This document shows, piece by piece, positions 6,279-7,160 of a DNA stretch of 7,160 nucleotides. The DNA lies in IMG/VR virus record IMGVR_UViG_2671180680_000012; one strand, written 5' to 3'. The stretch's first letter is position 1, and each line of letters begins with the position of its first letter. The stretch comes from a virus (lineage: Duplodnaviria > Heunggongvirae > Uroviricota > Caudoviricetes). Position numbers and translations under genes: made by a program. The notes beneath the pieces were generated by a model. The model made no database searches. It was not told the DNA's origin and saw only the letters and a program-made list of their open reading frames with translations.

Positions 6279-6755
6279 ATGATATTATTTGTTGGATTTT
6301 TGTTGATGGAAATAGTTATGCCTCAGATTAGCCGGACCGCACTGGTACCCTACAGCGCGGAGCAAATGTATCAGTTAGTGAATGACGTTCAGTCTTATCC
6401 TCAGTTTTTGCCGGGTTGTACCGGAAGTCGGATTCTGGAGTCCACTCCTGGGCAGATGACTGCGGCGGTAGATGTCTCTAAGGCTGGGATCAGCAAAACG
6501 TTTACTACCCGCAACCAGTTGACCAGTAACCAAAGTATTCTTATGAATCTGGTGGATGGGCCGTTCAAGAAATTGATTGGTGGATGGAAGTTTACGCCGC
6601 TGAGCCAGGAGGCGTGTCGTATCGAGTTTCATCTCGACTTTGAGTTTACCAATAAGTTGATTGAACTCGCCTTTGGTCGCGTGTTTAAAGAGCTGGCGTC
6701 TAATATGGTCCAGGCTTTTACGGTTCGTGCGAAAGAGGTTTACAGTGCTAGGTAA
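6279..6755 (+). CDS. ratA: Ribosome association toxin RatA (PasT/YfjG), SRPBCC/polyketide cyclase-like fold
   Basis: 158-aa [53 protein letters not shown]... matches E. coli RatA as I recall it. Divergent from smpB, as in E. coli. Alternative internal start ATG 6318 (MPQISRT...). Confidence 0.9.
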   Translation: MILFVGFLLMEIVMPQISRTALVPYSAEQMYQLVNDVQSYPQFLPGCTGSRILESTPGQMTAAVDVSKAGISKTFTTRNQLTSNQSILMNLVDGPFKKLIGGWKFTPLSQEACRIEFHLDFEFTNKLIELAFGRVFKELASNMVQAFTVRAKEVYSAR

Positions 6756-7035
6756 AATTGCCGTTGAGGTGGCTTATGCGCTACCTGAGAAGCAGTACCT
6801 GCAGCGCGTGACGCTGCAGGAGGGCGCGACGGTTGAAGAAGCTATTCGCGCCAGTGGCTTGCTGGAATTGCGTACCGATATCGATTTAACTAAAAACAAA
6901 GTCGGCATTTACAGCCGTCCGGCAAAACTAAGCGATAGTGTGCATGATGGCGATCGGGTGGAGATTTATCGCCCTCTCATTGCCGATCCGAAAGAGCTTC
7001 GCAGGCAACGAGCAGAAAAATCAGCGAATAAATAA
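6745..7035 (+). CDS. ratB: RatB (PasI/YfjF), RnfH-family ubiquitin-like small protein
   Basis: GTG 6745 with SD AAGAGG 6733-6738 six nt upstream gives a 96-aa product [48 protein letters not shown]..., the expected length and sequence for E. coli RatB. Overlaps the ratA 3' end by 11 nt. The ORF-track start at 6661 has no support. Confidence 0.88.
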   Translation: MLGKIAVEVAYALPEKQYLQRVTLQEGATVEEAIRASGLLELRTDIDLTKNKVGIYSRPAKLSDSVHDGDRVEIYRPLIADPKELRRQRAEKSANK

Positions 7036-7111
7036 CAGACAGAAAAAAGGTGCTCATTGAGCTAATGCCGATCAGTTAAGGATCAGTTGACCGATCCAGT
7101 GGCTGTGTAAG

Positions 7112-7146
7112 AATCCGGAAACGCTCACTTGTTTCCGGATTTTTTT
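7112..7146 (+). terminator. Rho-independent terminator downstream of ratB
   Basis: Perfect 11-bp stem AATCCGGAAAC (7112-7122) / GTTTCCGGATT (7131-7141), 8-nt loop GCTCACTT, T-run 7141-7146. Confidence 0.85.
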
Positions 7147-7160
7147 ATGCACATTGGACA

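Noticed and set aside
6375-6632. 85-aa minus-strand ORF inside ratA
   Set aside because: Antisense shadow ORF within a conserved gene.
6661-6744. Upstream extension of ratB to ATG 6661
   Set aside because: Would overlap ratA by 95 nt and add a non-conserved N-terminus; GTG 6745 with SD gives the expected 96-aa product.
1-7160. CRISPR array, diversity-generating retroelement, retron or toxin-antitoxin/defence operon within the prophage part
   Set aside because: No repeat-spacer periodicity, no reverse transcriptase, no template/variable repeat pair, and every sizeable ORF in 1-4876 is accounted for by tail structural genes; ratA-ratB is the chromosomal locus, not prophage cargo.

Overview
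The window joins two different contexts. Positions 1 to about 5087 are the distal end of a cryptic P2/Mu-type prophage tail module, all on the + strand: a baseplate J-like gene (runs off the 5' edge, apparently interrupted by TAA 66-68), a gpI/YmfQ-like gene, a tail fibre that looks chimeric (Mu S-type N-terminus, P2 H-type C-terminus), a P2 G/Mu U-type tail-fibre assembly gene broken by one in-frame TAA, then a second fibre with a lambda Stf-type N-terminus and a putative chaperone, ending in a strong hairpin terminator. Positions 5088-7160 are an Escherichia-type chromosomal backbone: ssrA (tmRNA, minus strand; only its 5' 228 nt are visible), smpB (minus), and ratA-ratB (plus) with a terminator. 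Two N-runs (4420-4699, 4974-5222) hide the middle of the last prophage gene and the junction between the prophage end and the 3' end of ssrA. I see no integrase, invertase, reverse transcriptase, CRISPR array or recognisable defence operon. The most interesting signals are the two nonsense-interrupted structural genes, the stacked two-fibre mosaic with a relic invertase-type crossover half-site, and the integrase-less prophage end abutting the ssrA attachment site. All homology statements are from memory of the protein families, not from a search.
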